From Eledone cirrhosa (Eukaryota), in contig CAXHJY010000437.1 in the NCBI GenBank assembly GCA_964016885.1, positions 218,207-282,206 on the forward strand: 64,000 nucleotides of DNA, read 5' to 3'. Made by a program: the position numbers and the translations under genes. Below are positions 28,043 through 40,704 of the stretch, piece by piece. The notes under the pieces were generated by a model that was given only the letters and a program-made list of their open reading frames with translations, had not been told where the DNA came from and did no database searches. The stretch's first letter is position 1. Every line of letters starts with the position of its first letter.

Positions 28043-28384
28043 ATATATTGATATAGATATAACTAAATAGTTCAGTTTTCTTTGGTTCAATCTGTGTGGC
28101 ATCTTGGGAAAGTCTTTATTACCACAGAATTAAGCCACTTTGTGTATAGATGAAAACTGTTTGAAAGCCCATCAGACGTATTATACCAATAATTCAAAGA
28201 GCCAGCCTTGTCACATACTATCTCATACTAACTTTTCCTGAGAATTACATTAAGAGAACAGATGCCTATGCAATAATCAACCACTTACATGTTAATTTAA
28301 TAACTAAGCCACTCCATTGATAAAATAGTTGGAATACTCATCCATTCAGGAATATACATATAGAACAAAATCATCAGACGTTAA

Positions 28385-28419
<35 letters not shown>

Positions 28420-29705
28420 AAAAAGAACATGAAATCATAATTTAGCATTTCTCTACATTTGAAGCAGTCTGAATCCTTTTTCAAACAAAGTTATATGGAA
28501 GTCAGTTCTGCTAAACGTTTTAGCATTAATTTAATTTCTGTTGCATTTCTCAATAACATTTAAAAAGAGATAAAACTGGAAGGGGAGAGAAATGAAGAAA
28601 AATATCAAAATAGAAAAAATAAACATGATGAATTTTTACACCTTGATGTAGTTGGATTGAGACTAATGCAACACTTCCTATTGAACTATCAAGGTTTCGA
28701 AGGTATGTCCTGCTTAGCTGTTCCAGCTAGTAGAAATAGTAGTCAAATCACACTCCTAATAACACTCTACTATCCTGAAAAAGAAATAACTGCATTGGAT
28801 AATCTAGTTTTAAATAGATTGTCTGAATACTTAAAAAGGGTGAGATGGTCATAGCTGGAATGACTTTGATAATAATTTTGTTGTATCAGAGTTTACCTTG
28901 GACTAAATAACAACAATATAATTAAACCAGTTAGGGAGCCATTCTGTGGTCACTAAATCAGCTGGCAAGAACAGACAATTCTTCCACAAATTCCACCCTA
29001 AAAGACATGCTGAATAATCTAGTCCTAGATATATTAGGACAAAAAAGATGGTTTAGTCATAATTGGAACACATTTGAAGATAGGTCTACTTTATCAGGAC
29101 TGACCTAGGGTTGAACAAAAACAACAATATTCCTCTTGACTATCAGCTATAAACTTTCAATTTTAATTGTATATGTGGAATTAGATATGCTAGCTCAGCC
29201 CTTCATAGATTCTTTCCACTCACAAACATACGATACACCATTAAAAAAGAACAAGAATTTACAAGGAGTTTCATTATGAAATGCTGATGGCATATATAAT
29301 GAATATAAATGGCACCAACCATAGATCCAAACAGTGCCGAATTACATAAATAAGTAAATATGTAACTAAATATAGAAGTAAAAAATACAAAAACAAAAAT
29401 TCAGCTGCTTCTCCTCAAAGAAGTAAAATTTCTATCATAATCTATTTAGTTTCAATTGCAATGTTTTTTTTTTTAAATTGTATTCGTGAAATATATCTGT
29501 AGGCTACAAAATATCGACCCAGTGAATCTATTCAGAGTACTTGAAAATGAAATAGTTAATGTATGTATGTACATATGCATGTATACATACAGACACACAC
29601 ACGAGTGTGTATATATGTATGTACATATGCATGTATACGCACACACACACGAGTGTGTATATATGTATGTATGTAGATATGTTTTGTTTGTTTGTTTGTT
29701 TTTTT

Positions 29706-30003
29706 GTGCCTCTCCTTTGTTCTGTCCTACGCCATCTTGTTTGGTGTATGGCGTAGGACAGAACAAAGGAGAGGCACAAGGGGAGAACAAAGAAAATAGT
29801 CCCCAGTCATTGAAGAGGTCGCAGAGTGTGTGACGAAGGAGCTTTGACAATATATGAACAATCGTCTGGTTGTGGAACCAACCAACGAACCGGAAATTTG
29901 TAAATTCCTAAATTTATAGATTTGATTTGTGATAAATTGAAGTGAGAGTGGCTGGTACGTGTGTTTCTTGTTGGCAGCATGACCCTCCCAAAGCATAACA
30001 ATA
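29706..30003 (+). mobile_element. Solo Penelope pseudo-LTR with a 30-bp fold-back at its left end and a decayed hammerhead (29805-29849)
   Basis: Similar to 32729-32992; arms 29706-29735 and 29748-29777 are exact reverse complements. Confidence 0.85.
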
Positions 30004-30023
30004 TGTATATATATATATATATA

Positions 30024-31378
30024 TTGCTAAGGCTTTTAATTCTGTGCCACACAAAATACTTATGGCAAAACTCTCTGCAATGGGTGTGAGGGATGATCTT
30101 TTCGACTGGTTGAAATCCTTCATTCTCAGCCGAAAAGAAGTAGTCACGGTTCTAGGACAGCATTCTTCACCATATGAGATGTCATCTGGTGTACCACAGG
30201 GATCTGTTCTTGGTCCCCTTTTGTTTGTGGCATATATTAATGACATAGATGCCAACTTACAGAATGCCACGGTACTGAAATATGCAGATGACATCAAGCT
30301 GTACCTTGAAATCAAAAGGACTGATCCTGAAATCTACAACTCTTTCCTACAATCAGACCTGGACACAATGCAGCAATGGATCACAGACTGGCAACTGAAT
30401 CTGGCTGTGGGCAAGTGTACCACCATGTATTTTGGGAGGAAAAATCCAGCGTCCACATACTCCCTCCACAACACTGATATCAAGAAGTCCTCTTGTGAAC
30501 ATGACCTGGGCATTACTGTCAGCAGCGATTTGCGTTGGACAAAGCATGTCTCTAAGATTGTCAAGAAGGCCGAGGGTGTCTTGGCATCACTCAGCAAGAC
30601 CTTTGTTAGCCGCTCTCCAGCCATCTATTTAAAACTGTTTACAGCTATGGTACGACCACACTTGGAATTCACATCATCAGTCTGGAACCTCTATCTTGCT
30701 CAGAACATTGACCTCCTGGAAACTGTTCAGAGACGTGCAACCAAGCGCATATCCTCCATCAGACACCTACCATACTCTGAACGCCTTGCTTCCCTGGGCA
30801 TGGATTCATTGAAGCTCCGACGTCTGGCAATGGACTTGGTAAATACCCACAAAGTTATTAACCATCTCGCCAATTGCAGCCTTGAGCACCTTTTTGATCT
30901 CCATGTGTCTAACACACGTGGACATGCCTACAAAATCAGAAAACAGTACAGCTCCCATGACTTTTGTAGACATTTTTTCACGCTCAGAGTTGCTGAAGCA
31001 TGGAACAAACTGCCTGCGTCAGTTGTTAGCTGCCGAGACACTGCATCCTTTAAGACACTCATGCTTCCCGAAATACGCCAAAACTACACCTGATGTACCC
31101 CTTCCATACACATGCACACATGTGTGTATCATGACTCGTGCACTGTTCATTTTCCTGATGTTTGTGCATTGTCCTATGTACTGTACATGCACTTTTTGAT
31201 GAGTTCTGGTGCACCTGGGCACTGTACACAATATTTCATTATTATTATTATTATTATATCATGACTCATACACTGTTCATTTTCCTGACATTTGTACATT
31301 ATTCTATGTACTATACATGCACCTTTGATGAGTTGTAGTGCACCTGAGCACTGTACACAATAATTTCATTATTATTAT
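30024..31378 (+). mobile_element. CR1-like LINE, 5'-truncated, open RT frame (30044-31093), duplicated 3' UTR
   Basis: SGVPQGSVLGPLLF, KYADDIKL, DLGI, VRPHLE, VQRRATK; two (ATT)n tails. Confidence 0.92.
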
Positions 31379-31640
31379 ATTATATGTATGTATATATATA
31401 TTGTATATATATATGTATGTATATATATCGTTTCTGAATTTGTTTAGCAAGATTCTTTATCTGAAATCGTGTGTTGAAACCGATATTGTTATACTTTGGG
31501 AGGGTCATGTTGCCAATAAGAAACACACGCACCAGTTGCTTTCACTTCAATTTATTATATATTTATAAATTTACAAATTTATAAATTTATAAATTTCTGG
31601 TTGGTTGGTTGGTTCCACAACCAGATAGTTGTTTATATAT

Positions 31641-31685
31641 AGTCATAGTCCTTTCGTCACACACTCTGTGACCTCTTCAGTGACT
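31641..31685 (-). ncRNA. Minimal type I hammerhead ribozyme (left pLTR)
   Basis: Exact reverse complement of 32781-32825. Confidence 0.7.
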
Positions 31686-31749
31686 GGGGATTCCTTTCTT
31701 TGTCTCCGTGCCTCTCCTTTGTTCTGTCCTACGCCATTTTGTTTCTGAT

Positions 31750-32572
31750 TGCGGGTTTGGTGCGGGTGATGGGAGATGTGTCCCGCGTGTGCGGCCCCGA
31801 GGGGCTGGGGAGACACATGCGGCGCTTCATCCACCGTGTGCGGTTCTCTGGCTGCAGTCAGAGAGAAGGAGTCGGAGTGTGTGGGGGAGCCGGAGCCGGA
31901 TGGGAAGGGATGGTGGATAGTGACATAGGTGGGACCTGCCCCTTGTATGGGGGCAGGTTTTGGAATGGAGTGGAGAGAGCTAGGAACGGGGCTGGTGGGG
32001 TAGACTCATGGTGTGATAGCAATGGGTGCCAGGGTGTGGTGTTCGTCGATGCAGCCCCTGGGGGCGAACTGGCCTGCAAATTTGGGGGGGCGCTAGATAG
32101 ACATAGGCTCAGTATTGGGATGGTGGAAAGACCGGGTGCCTCCGTGGGAGCACTTATTGGCAAGACGTGCCCTTTCCGGGGGCCCTCATGTATAGATGGG
32201 GAGTGTGTAGCCTGTGGAATAAGCCCCCATATTGACTGTAAGGCTGGAAATGTGGTGTGTGGCGTGGGGTGTGCTGAGGGACAGTGTAGAAACAGGGATG
32301 TAGTGTACATAGGTGAGACAGCTCGTAGTATAGGGGAACGGATAAATGAACACTGGCGAGACCTTCAAGATAATAAAGAATCATCTGTACTCTACCAACA
32401 TGCTAAGATAGAACACAAGGGTAAATTAGAGAACATAGAAATAAAAATAGAATCTACACACAGAAAAGATGCAATGTTTAGACAAATTACAGAGGCAATG
32501 AACATAAAGGAATTACAACCAAAATTAAATAGAAAATATGAGTGGAACAGCAACATTACAACTTACAATTAA
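31750..32572 (+). pseudogene. PLE RT-thumb/linker + GIY-YIG endonuclease; the 5' about 540 nt is apparently A-to-G hypermutated
   Basis: Open frame; Gly-rich and Lys-poor until about 32290, then normal A-rich coding sequence. Confidence 0.85.
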
Positions 32573-32780
32573 GGACAAAATGAAAACACACACACACATA
32601 GAACAAACAATCAACCAATAACATGTAAATAAATAAATAAACAAATAGATAAATGAACATAAACACACACAGACACCCGGATGTGGCGCATGCGCAAACT
32701 GAGCACACAACACACACACAGAAACAAAATGGCGTAGGACAGAACAAAGGAGAGGCACGGAGACAAAGAAAGGAATCCCC

Positions 32781-32825
32781 AGTCACTGAAGAGGTCACAG
32801 AGTGTGTGACGAAAGGACTATGACT
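32781..32825 (+). ncRNA. Minimal type I hammerhead ribozyme (right pLTR)
   Basis: agtca-CTGAAGA-g-gtcaca/gagtg/tgtgac-GAAA-ggac-TA-tgact. Confidence 0.72.
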
Positions 32826-33107
32826 ATATATATAAACAACTATCTGGTTGTGGAACCAACCAACCAACCAGAAATTTATAAGTTTGTAAATTTATAAATT
32901 TGTAAATTTATAAATATATAATAAATTGAAGTGAAAGCAACTGGTGCGTGTGTTTCTTATTGGCAACATGACCCTCCCAAAGGATAACAATATGTATATA
33001 TATATATATGTATATATATGTATATGTATGTATATATATATATGTATATGTATATATATGTATATGTATATATATGTATATGTATGTATATATATGTATG
33101 TGTATAT

Positions 33108-33138
<31 letters not shown>

Positions 33139-33302
33139 TGTATATATATGTATGTGTATATATATATATATGTATGTATATATATATATGTATGTATATA
33201 TATATATGTATGTATGTATATATATATATATCTATGTATATATATGTATATATATATATGTATATAAATGTATGTATATATATTTATATATGTATATATA
33301 TA

Positions 33303-33630
33303 TGGAGGCACATGGCTTAGTGGTTAGAGCATTGGCCTTGCAATCGAAAGGTTGTGAGTTCAATTCTCAGACCGGGCGATGTGTTGTTTCCTTGGGCAAG
33401 GCACTTTATTTCACATTGCTCCAGTTTACTCAGCTGTAGAAATGACTGGGGTCCCTATCATTCCACTGCAAAGTGGTCGTGGAGGTGCCACGGCAAAAAA
33501 GTACCCAGCACTCACTGTAAATGAAGTTTGTGTTAGGAAGGGTATCCAGCTGTAGAAATCAAGCCAGAATCAGTTCCCGTCCCACCCTTGCAAGCAGGGA
33601 AAAGCGGACGTAAAATGAAATGATGATGAT
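33303..33630 (+). mobile_element. tRNA-derived SINE with RTE-type 3' half
   Basis: A box TGGCTTAGTGG, B box GAGTTCAATTC, central tccttgggcaaggcactt, ttaggaagggtatccagc, (GAT)n tail. Confidence 0.88.
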
Positions 33631-33791
33631 ATGTATATATATATATATATATATCTATGTATATATATGTATATATATATATATATATGTATGTATATAT
33701 GTATATAAATGTATGTATATATATTTATATATGTATATATATGTATGTATATATATATATATATGTATGTGTGTATATATATATATGTATG

Positions 33792-33828
<37 letters not shown>

Positions 33829-34366
33829 GTGTATATATGTATGTGTGTATATATATTTATATATGTATGTGTGTATATATATATATATGTATATATGTAT
33901 GTGTGTATATATATATATATTTATATATGTGTGTATATATATATATATGTATATATGTATGTGTGTATATATATATATATTTATATATGTATGTGTGTAT
34001 ATATATATATATTTATATATGTATGTGTGTGTATATATATATATATTTATATATGTATGTGTGTATATATATATATATTTATATATGTATGTGTGTGTAT
34101 ATATATATATATTTATATATGTATGTGTGTATATATATATTTATATATGTATGTGTGTATATATATATTTATATATGTATGCGTGTGTATATATATATAT
34201 TTATATATGTATGTGTGTGTATATATATATATTTATATATCTATTTGTGTATATATATATATATTTATATATCTGTGTGTGTATATATATATATATTTAT
34301 ATATCTATGTGTGTGTATATATATATTTATATATCTATGTGTGTATATATCTATATATATATTTAT
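33631..34366. repeat. (TA/TG) array with higher-order units of about 28 bp
   Basis: Recurrent atttatatatgtatgtgtgtatata.. Confidence 0.9.
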
Positions 34367-34976
34367 GTCAGGTCACCAGTCGGTGCTACTGGTAACATGT
34401 ATCCCAGTACAACCTGTCTCATGGTCGGGTCGTTGGCGACTAAACTGGCAACCCCACCAAGGTTTCTTGGTGAGGAGGGTGACTTTGGGCATCCTGCAGG
34501 ACTAAAAACAAAACCTGTCAAAGGGCAAAGGAGCTCTTAAGAATCAATGGCAATCCAAAATCACCGGGCGAGATGACCCCTTAGCCTTTGTCAAGGCAGA
34601 ATTCTAGGACAAGGAAAACTCTGATATAACACCGGCAACTCTGATGGTATCCAATGATGTTGACTTGTTCTTCTTTTTGGTAAATATCATCTTGGTTAAG
34701 AGAGTGGGACTGGCTTTGTGCAGTGCTTTTGCTCACTAGAAAAGCTTCACGGCACAGGCATTGCTTTATATCTGGAGATCTCTCTGCACTTGTCATCACA
34801 TCGTATCATGGGCCCAGCACTATGTGTCAATAATTGTCGCAAGTGTAGTGTTTGTACCAGAGTTTTCAAGTCGCTGGCTGGACTAAAAAGTCACACTCGT
34901 TCAGCCCATCGGTAGGAGTTCTCCTACATGGATATAAAGTAGTGGCCGTACTCGAAAACGAGTTGGCAGCCACCAT
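34367..34976 (+). mobile_element. 610-bp non-autonomous RTE-derived element, copy 1
   Basis: Same ends as 52829-53438; 3' part encodes [15 protein letters not shown] zinc finger + stop, then an actcg-aaaa-cgagt hairpin. Confidence 0.75.
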
Positions 34977-35037
34977 GTATATATATATATATGTATGTAT
35001 ATATATATGTATGTATATATGCATATATATATATGTG

Positions 35038-35075
<38 letters not shown>

Positions 35076-35086
35076 TGTATGTATAT

Positions 35087-35447
35087 CTTAGTCTAAGTCT
35101 TAGATTCTTCCGCGCTGTTCGGCGCATCGAGCAGTAGGTACTCACCAACGGTCACAATCAGCGGCAACTTTTTCGAGACCGTTTCGGAACGTTCGTCGCC
35201 AGGTGATTCTTGGGCAACCCCGCCTCCGTTTACCACCAGGCAGAGTCCAGTTCATCGCTGTTTTCGAATGCCGTTCATTTGGCAGATGCAGAATATGGCT
35301 AGCCAGACGGCAGCGACGCTCCGTGACCATTCTCTGTAGCTGCCACAACTCGGCTCTCCACAGAATCTCCCCGTTTCGCACTCAGACTGGTGGAAAGCGT
35401 TCAGCCGTCTCTCTATTTTTGCCATACTCTTCCAGGTCTCGCTCGCA
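35087..35447 (-). mobile_element. RTE-like LINE 3' fragment (family C) with (ACTAAG)-type tail
   Basis: ASETWK..RLNAFHQ, RRCRLASHIL, GKRRRGCPRITWRRT. Confidence 0.8.
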
Positions 35448-35499
35448 TATGTATGTGCAATATGTATATGTATGCGTATATATATGTATGTGTATATAT

Positions 35500-38400
35500 C
35501 TAAGGCGGGTAAAATTCCCGAGATCCATGGACGAGTTCTCTCCAGCGGTCTCTGTCCCTCATTATCGCTGCCATATCCTGCATCTCCAACAGACCAGTGT
35601 CTGTCATTAGGGCATCAACATATGTTAACCTTGGTCTTCCTCTTCTAGTGTGTCCATGTAGGGGCTCCCAAAGGAGCACTGAGTGCAATGTCAACTCTGG
35701 ATGTCGGTGAGCATGTCCAGCCAACCTCAGTCTCCTCTGTGTCACTTTTGAGCTGACTTTTGGAATGCTCCCATACAGCTCTGAGTTTTTCATCCTCAGT
35801 GTATACTGATTAATGTTCAGAGCCATCCTCAGCATTCTCGTGTAGCACCCATCCACCATCTGAGTGAGTCTCTTGGTCAGTGTCCAAGTCTCAGACCCAT
35901 ACAGCAGCACAGACTCCACTACAGCAATGAAGAGGCGGATTTTCAGGTCTCTACGAAGGTCCGACTTCCACACCGATCTCAAGCTGTGACACGCCGCCCA
36001 GGCCTTGCTCTTCCTCTCAACCACATCATCTTCCGTATTCCCAATCTTTGCTCCCAAATACAGGAAGTCCTCAACCAATTCCAGCGGCTTCCCGCCTACA
36101 TTAGTGATCCCCTCTGGCTTCTCAACATTCTCTACCAGATATTTTGTTTTAGTCTCATTCATTCTCAGCCCCACACTCATCGACACAGTCTCAACCTCCC
36201 GCATCAAATCCTCTGCCTCCTTCACTGTATTTGTCACCAAAACTATGTCGTCGGCAAATTCAGCATCCGATACCTTTTTCGCCCCAACTCTCCTGCTCTG
36301 AGCCGGTGCTACAGTAAAGCCAGTGTCCTGGTGTTTCTCCAGTGCAAGGCGCATACAATAGTCCACTACGATGATAAAAAGGTAGGGAGCCAATGTATCT
36401 CCCTGGAGCACTCCAGCCAGTATCTCAAAGAACTCTGTCATCCCATCAGGTGTAATGACTTGGGCTTTGGTGTTGGTGTAGAGCAGTGATATCAGGTTCA
36501 CTATCCTCTTGGGGATTCCATAAGCCTGTAAGATCTTCATCAGGCAGTAACGGTCCACAGAATCAAAGGCCTTCCTAAAGTCAATGAAAACCATGACCGC
36601 AGGAAGGCACTTTGCTCTAGCTCCCTCTAATATCCTCCTCAGCATCAGGATGTGACTGGTGGTTGATCTACCCTCTCTGAAGCCGTTCTGGTTGTCCCTG
36701 AGCTTCTTCTCCATCTCAGGCTGGATCCTGTTAAGAATCATCCTGTTGAGGGTCTTTGCCACAAGTGACGTCAGTGAGATCCCCCCGGTAGTTATTGGTG
36801 TTAGAGAGATCTCCCTTCTTTGGCACTGGGACGATGTTACTGATCCGCCACTGATTCGGGGCAACTCCTTTCTCCAGTGCCCCGTTACAGAACCCCAGGA
36901 TGATATCATCAAAATCACACCTCTTCATCACCTCTGATGCCACTCCATCTTCTCCATGAGCCTTGCCCTCCTTGATCTTCTTCTTGGCTCTCTGAAGCTC
37001 CTCTCTGGTGAAGGGCTCTGTCTCAACATCCAGTTCCTCAAACAGCCGCCTGATCTCCCCAGTGCTCTGGGCTGTGGAGGGTAGCTCTCCTAGTAGGGTC
37101 CTAAAATGGTCTAGCCATTTCCTCTTCCTATCCTCGGGCCCCGTTCCCTGGATCTGACTCGAACACCTTTTCTTCCTCCCTGTGATCTCGTTGATGATCA
37201 TCCAGCTCTCCTTACATCCAGATCTGTCAACCGCTCTCTCCACACTTCTGATCTTCTCTATCAGTGCCTCCTCTCTGACCTCAGTGTAAGCGGTACAGAG
37301 CTCTTCCCTCATCACCTCCACAGTCTCCATCCTCTCCTCCGTAGGATCAGCATAGAATTGGTCCCTGGCAGCTTTCAGGTGTTCTCTGGCTGCACACACT
37401 TTTGGGTTTGCAGAGCTGACGTGCTTCCCTTTGTTCTTTTTCCTCGGCACCAGGGTTTCACTTGCTTCCGCCACTGCATTGGTGAAGTGCCCGTACCTTC
37501 TCGTCACACTCTCCTCAGTCCATCCAATCTCTCTCTCCTCTGACTCTCCACACAGAGCACTAAACCTGTTTCTCACTTCCACTGTGAACCTCTCCTGTAG
37601 CTTATCATCTTCCTTGAAAGCTCCCCAGTCATAGATTGTTCTCCGGGGCTGAGCCTTGCTCTTTCTTAAGCTCACGCGGACCTCACTCATAACAAGCCGG
37701 TGGTCACTACCCAGTGTACTGAAATAGCTGTATGGTTCCGTGTTCAGAACACTATTCCGCCACTTTTTCCTCACCAGAATGAAATCAATCTGGGACTTGG
37801 ACAGGTGCATATCTGAGATGTAGGTCCACATCTTCCCCAGATTCTTCCTAAACCCTAGGTTGGTCGCCATCAAGTTCGCCTCCAGCAGGGTGTCTCTCAG
37901 TAGTCTTCCATTTCGGTTGGTGTTGTTATGGAAGTACCAGCAAGGATCTTCACTGCCCTCCTTACTCAGATGTGCATTGAAGTTCCCCAAAACAAGCAGG
38001 ATATTGTGTGCCTGAGTGGTGTTGACAGCTCTACACACCTCCTCATGGAACTCCTCGGCATTAACATCATCGTCCCTCTCGGTTGGACTATAGGCTGAGA
38101 TGACTGTCAGTCTTGGGTTTCCATTGAAGGTCACCCTCAACACTCGCGGGGAGATAGGCATTATTTCCCTCACCAACAGATTGGTTTTTGCACTGAACAC
38201 AAAACCCACTCCTCCCACTGCAGCATTTGTTGTGTTCTTCACTGCCGATGTAGTGATGAGCTGGCTCTTCCTCCCGATCATCACACTCCTCACGGGCTCA
38301 TCGTGTAGAATCCTGTGTTCTTGGATCGCAAGTATCTGTATACCACTCTCCTCGAACAGATGTCCCAACTCCTCTCTCTTCTCCAGCGTTCGAATAGTCC

Positions 38401-38810
38401 TCAAATTCAAAGTGCCCATTTTGATGGCTCTTCTGCAGGACAAAACTGCATTCTTTATATTTGTCTCAGAGACAGCTCATCCATCATCCACTGGCCCTCT
38501 CTGTGGCTCTAAGCCAGCAGAGTCATAACGACCAGGCTGCTCCTTGACAGCGTAATTAGGGGCTCTAACCCTAGTGCTGTTAGATCGACTCTCCATATTT
38601 CTTTTCAATGGCTGACAATACCTTACTGGCGCCACTCGAATAAGGTAGTTATTTAACCCATAAATGGAGCCCTAACAGGTACTACCACCCCGGGCCAGGG
38701 CAGACCTGGGAGTCATGACAACTAAGGGGTAACTCCACATTCCCCACATCTCCTGAACTCCCGAACTGGAGCCTTGCCACTGGATGTAGTTTAATGTCAT
38801 ACCCAGGACA
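35500..38810 (-). mobile_element. Full-length RTE LINE family B: 5' UTR, APE and RT; single frameshift near 36785
   Basis: ORFs 36731-38443 (AIQEHR, SAYSPT, QIDFIL, GSDHR) and 35500-36918 (QNGFR, FIDFRKAFDSV, LQGDTLAP, FADDI, YGSETW). Confidence 0.94.
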
Positions 38811-38822
38811 TATATATATATG

Positions 38823-38890
<68 letters not shown>

Positions 38891-40440
38891 TATGTGCGTG
38901 CGTGTGTTTGTGCGCATCTGTCAACAGAATGAACCTCGGTTGGCGTCAGAAATGAGTGGTCCAGTTTTTCGATCAAAGAAACAGATAGCTTGGAAAATTA
39001 ATGCGTACAAGTGGCTGAGCATTCCACAGACATGTGTACCCTTAATATAATTCTCAAGGAGATTCAGTGTGATACACATGTGACAAAGTTGCCCCTTTAA
39101 ATTACATGTACAGTCCATCTGACTGGCTTCAGTTGACCTGAGGCTAATATAAATGATACTTGTCGAAGATGGGATCAAACCCTTATGTTGAAGAATATGG
39201 TGTCTTTGGAAGACTTTTTACTGGTTTTTGTGTGTGTGTGTTTTGTTTTTTTGTCACAACACACCTCGATCTTGCCTCATACTCTAAACCAGACAAACAT
39301 ACAGTAGAATCCTTTTCTCTTCTACTCATCTTCTCTTATGTTTACCCAGGCTAAGCTAGGTACCTCAGCTAGTCTATACATAATATAAAAGACTTTACCA
39401 TGATGTTTTGACTAAATAATATAGTCTAAATGATAAGACAGTAAACATGCACATATACGTACACCAAGTCCGAACACAGAGGAGTCAAACTCCCGTGAAG
39501 TGAGTTTCTTAACCATTCCACCATGCTGTCTCCACATATGCTTATATATGCATGTGTGTATAGATTCTATGGACTTATTCAGTAAAGTTCTTGATATCAA
39601 GAGGTTCATACTCCACATTTATTTATAATGTTTTTAAACCAGTATATAACTCAGCTAGTTGTTCCACTGTTGCTGCTCAGTTGATTTATGTTACAGAGAG
39701 TGTTTTTGCTTACTAATCAAATATCAATCCCAGTGAGTTTTATGAGTGTACATGTAGGGCTATTTATGAAGTATATTTTGAATTCTTTCAAGGTTGTGAA
39801 TGTCTTCTGCTTAACTAGACTTTCAATCTTCTTATCTGACCTAATGTTTTTGTATATATCACTGTTAGTATTTCTATATTTCATAGTTAGCTTATTAGGT
39901 AGTAGCTGATCATATTTATGGTCACTTCGTATAAGTTATTATTAGTCTTGCATGAGAAATCAAATTTATTAATAGAGGTGCTAAATTACATAATATCTAA
40001 TCTAAGCTTATTTTGAAAAGGGCTGGAGTACTTATGTAGTTTAAAGATTAAAACAAGTTTGAAGGGTGTTACATACTTAACTCTTCTGGGTGGTGATGCT
40101 ATATTAAGTGGTGGTGGTGGTAGTGGTGGCAGTTATTTCATCACAGATACATCACCTTGTTCCCTACTTTCTGTAGCAGTAGTTTGATGTAGAAATTCTT
40201 AATCAGGTAACCCCGTATCAATGGTATCCATAGATATAAATACTTGTGATAGGTACAGCACACAATTTCAATAGTTAATTCTTGCCAATCTTCAGTAGGT
40301 CCATATGAATCAATCAGTTGTAAATCCATGTGCAGGAACAGCTTTTAATATGTGGTTGCAATATATTAACCACAAGTAATAAGACAATATATTGCAGAGT
40401 TAACATGTTTTTTATTAAAATCTAATCATTTTATTATATA

Positions 40441-40645
40441 CTAGCAGAATGGCCCGGCGTTGCTCGGGATTTGCTCTAGGGTTCTTATATATTTGATATG
40501 TATTTATCCTTATCGAGCCTTGTGAAATAAATACGTTTGTTTATATTTTGTTATTGTGTATGCAAAAATATCTGTACACGAATATATAATTATATATATA
40601 TATATTATACATTATATATATATTATACATATATATATATTATAC

Positions 40646-40704
<59 letters not shown>

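Larger units (their letters stand above)
31418..32992 (+). mobile_element. Penelope-like element, 5'-truncated, with inverted pseudo-LTRs (31483-31747 / 32720-32992)
   Basis: GIY-YIG endonuclease (NVV..C..C..VYIGETARSIGERINEH, RQITEA..I..LNRK); near-identical inverted flanks. Confidence 0.92.

Noticed and set aside
31700-32290. Gly/Cys-rich novel protein domain or GC-rich foreign insert
   Set aside because: Only G, not C, appears elevated, and PLE motifs are recoverable by G>A reversion, so hypermutation explains it better.
33303-33375. tRNA gene
   Set aside because: No proper acceptor stem; it continues into a SINE body and tail.
34367-34450. HDV-like ribozyme at the 5' end of the 610-bp element
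   Set aside because: P2/P4-like pairings exist, but P1 and P3/L3 could not be fitted.
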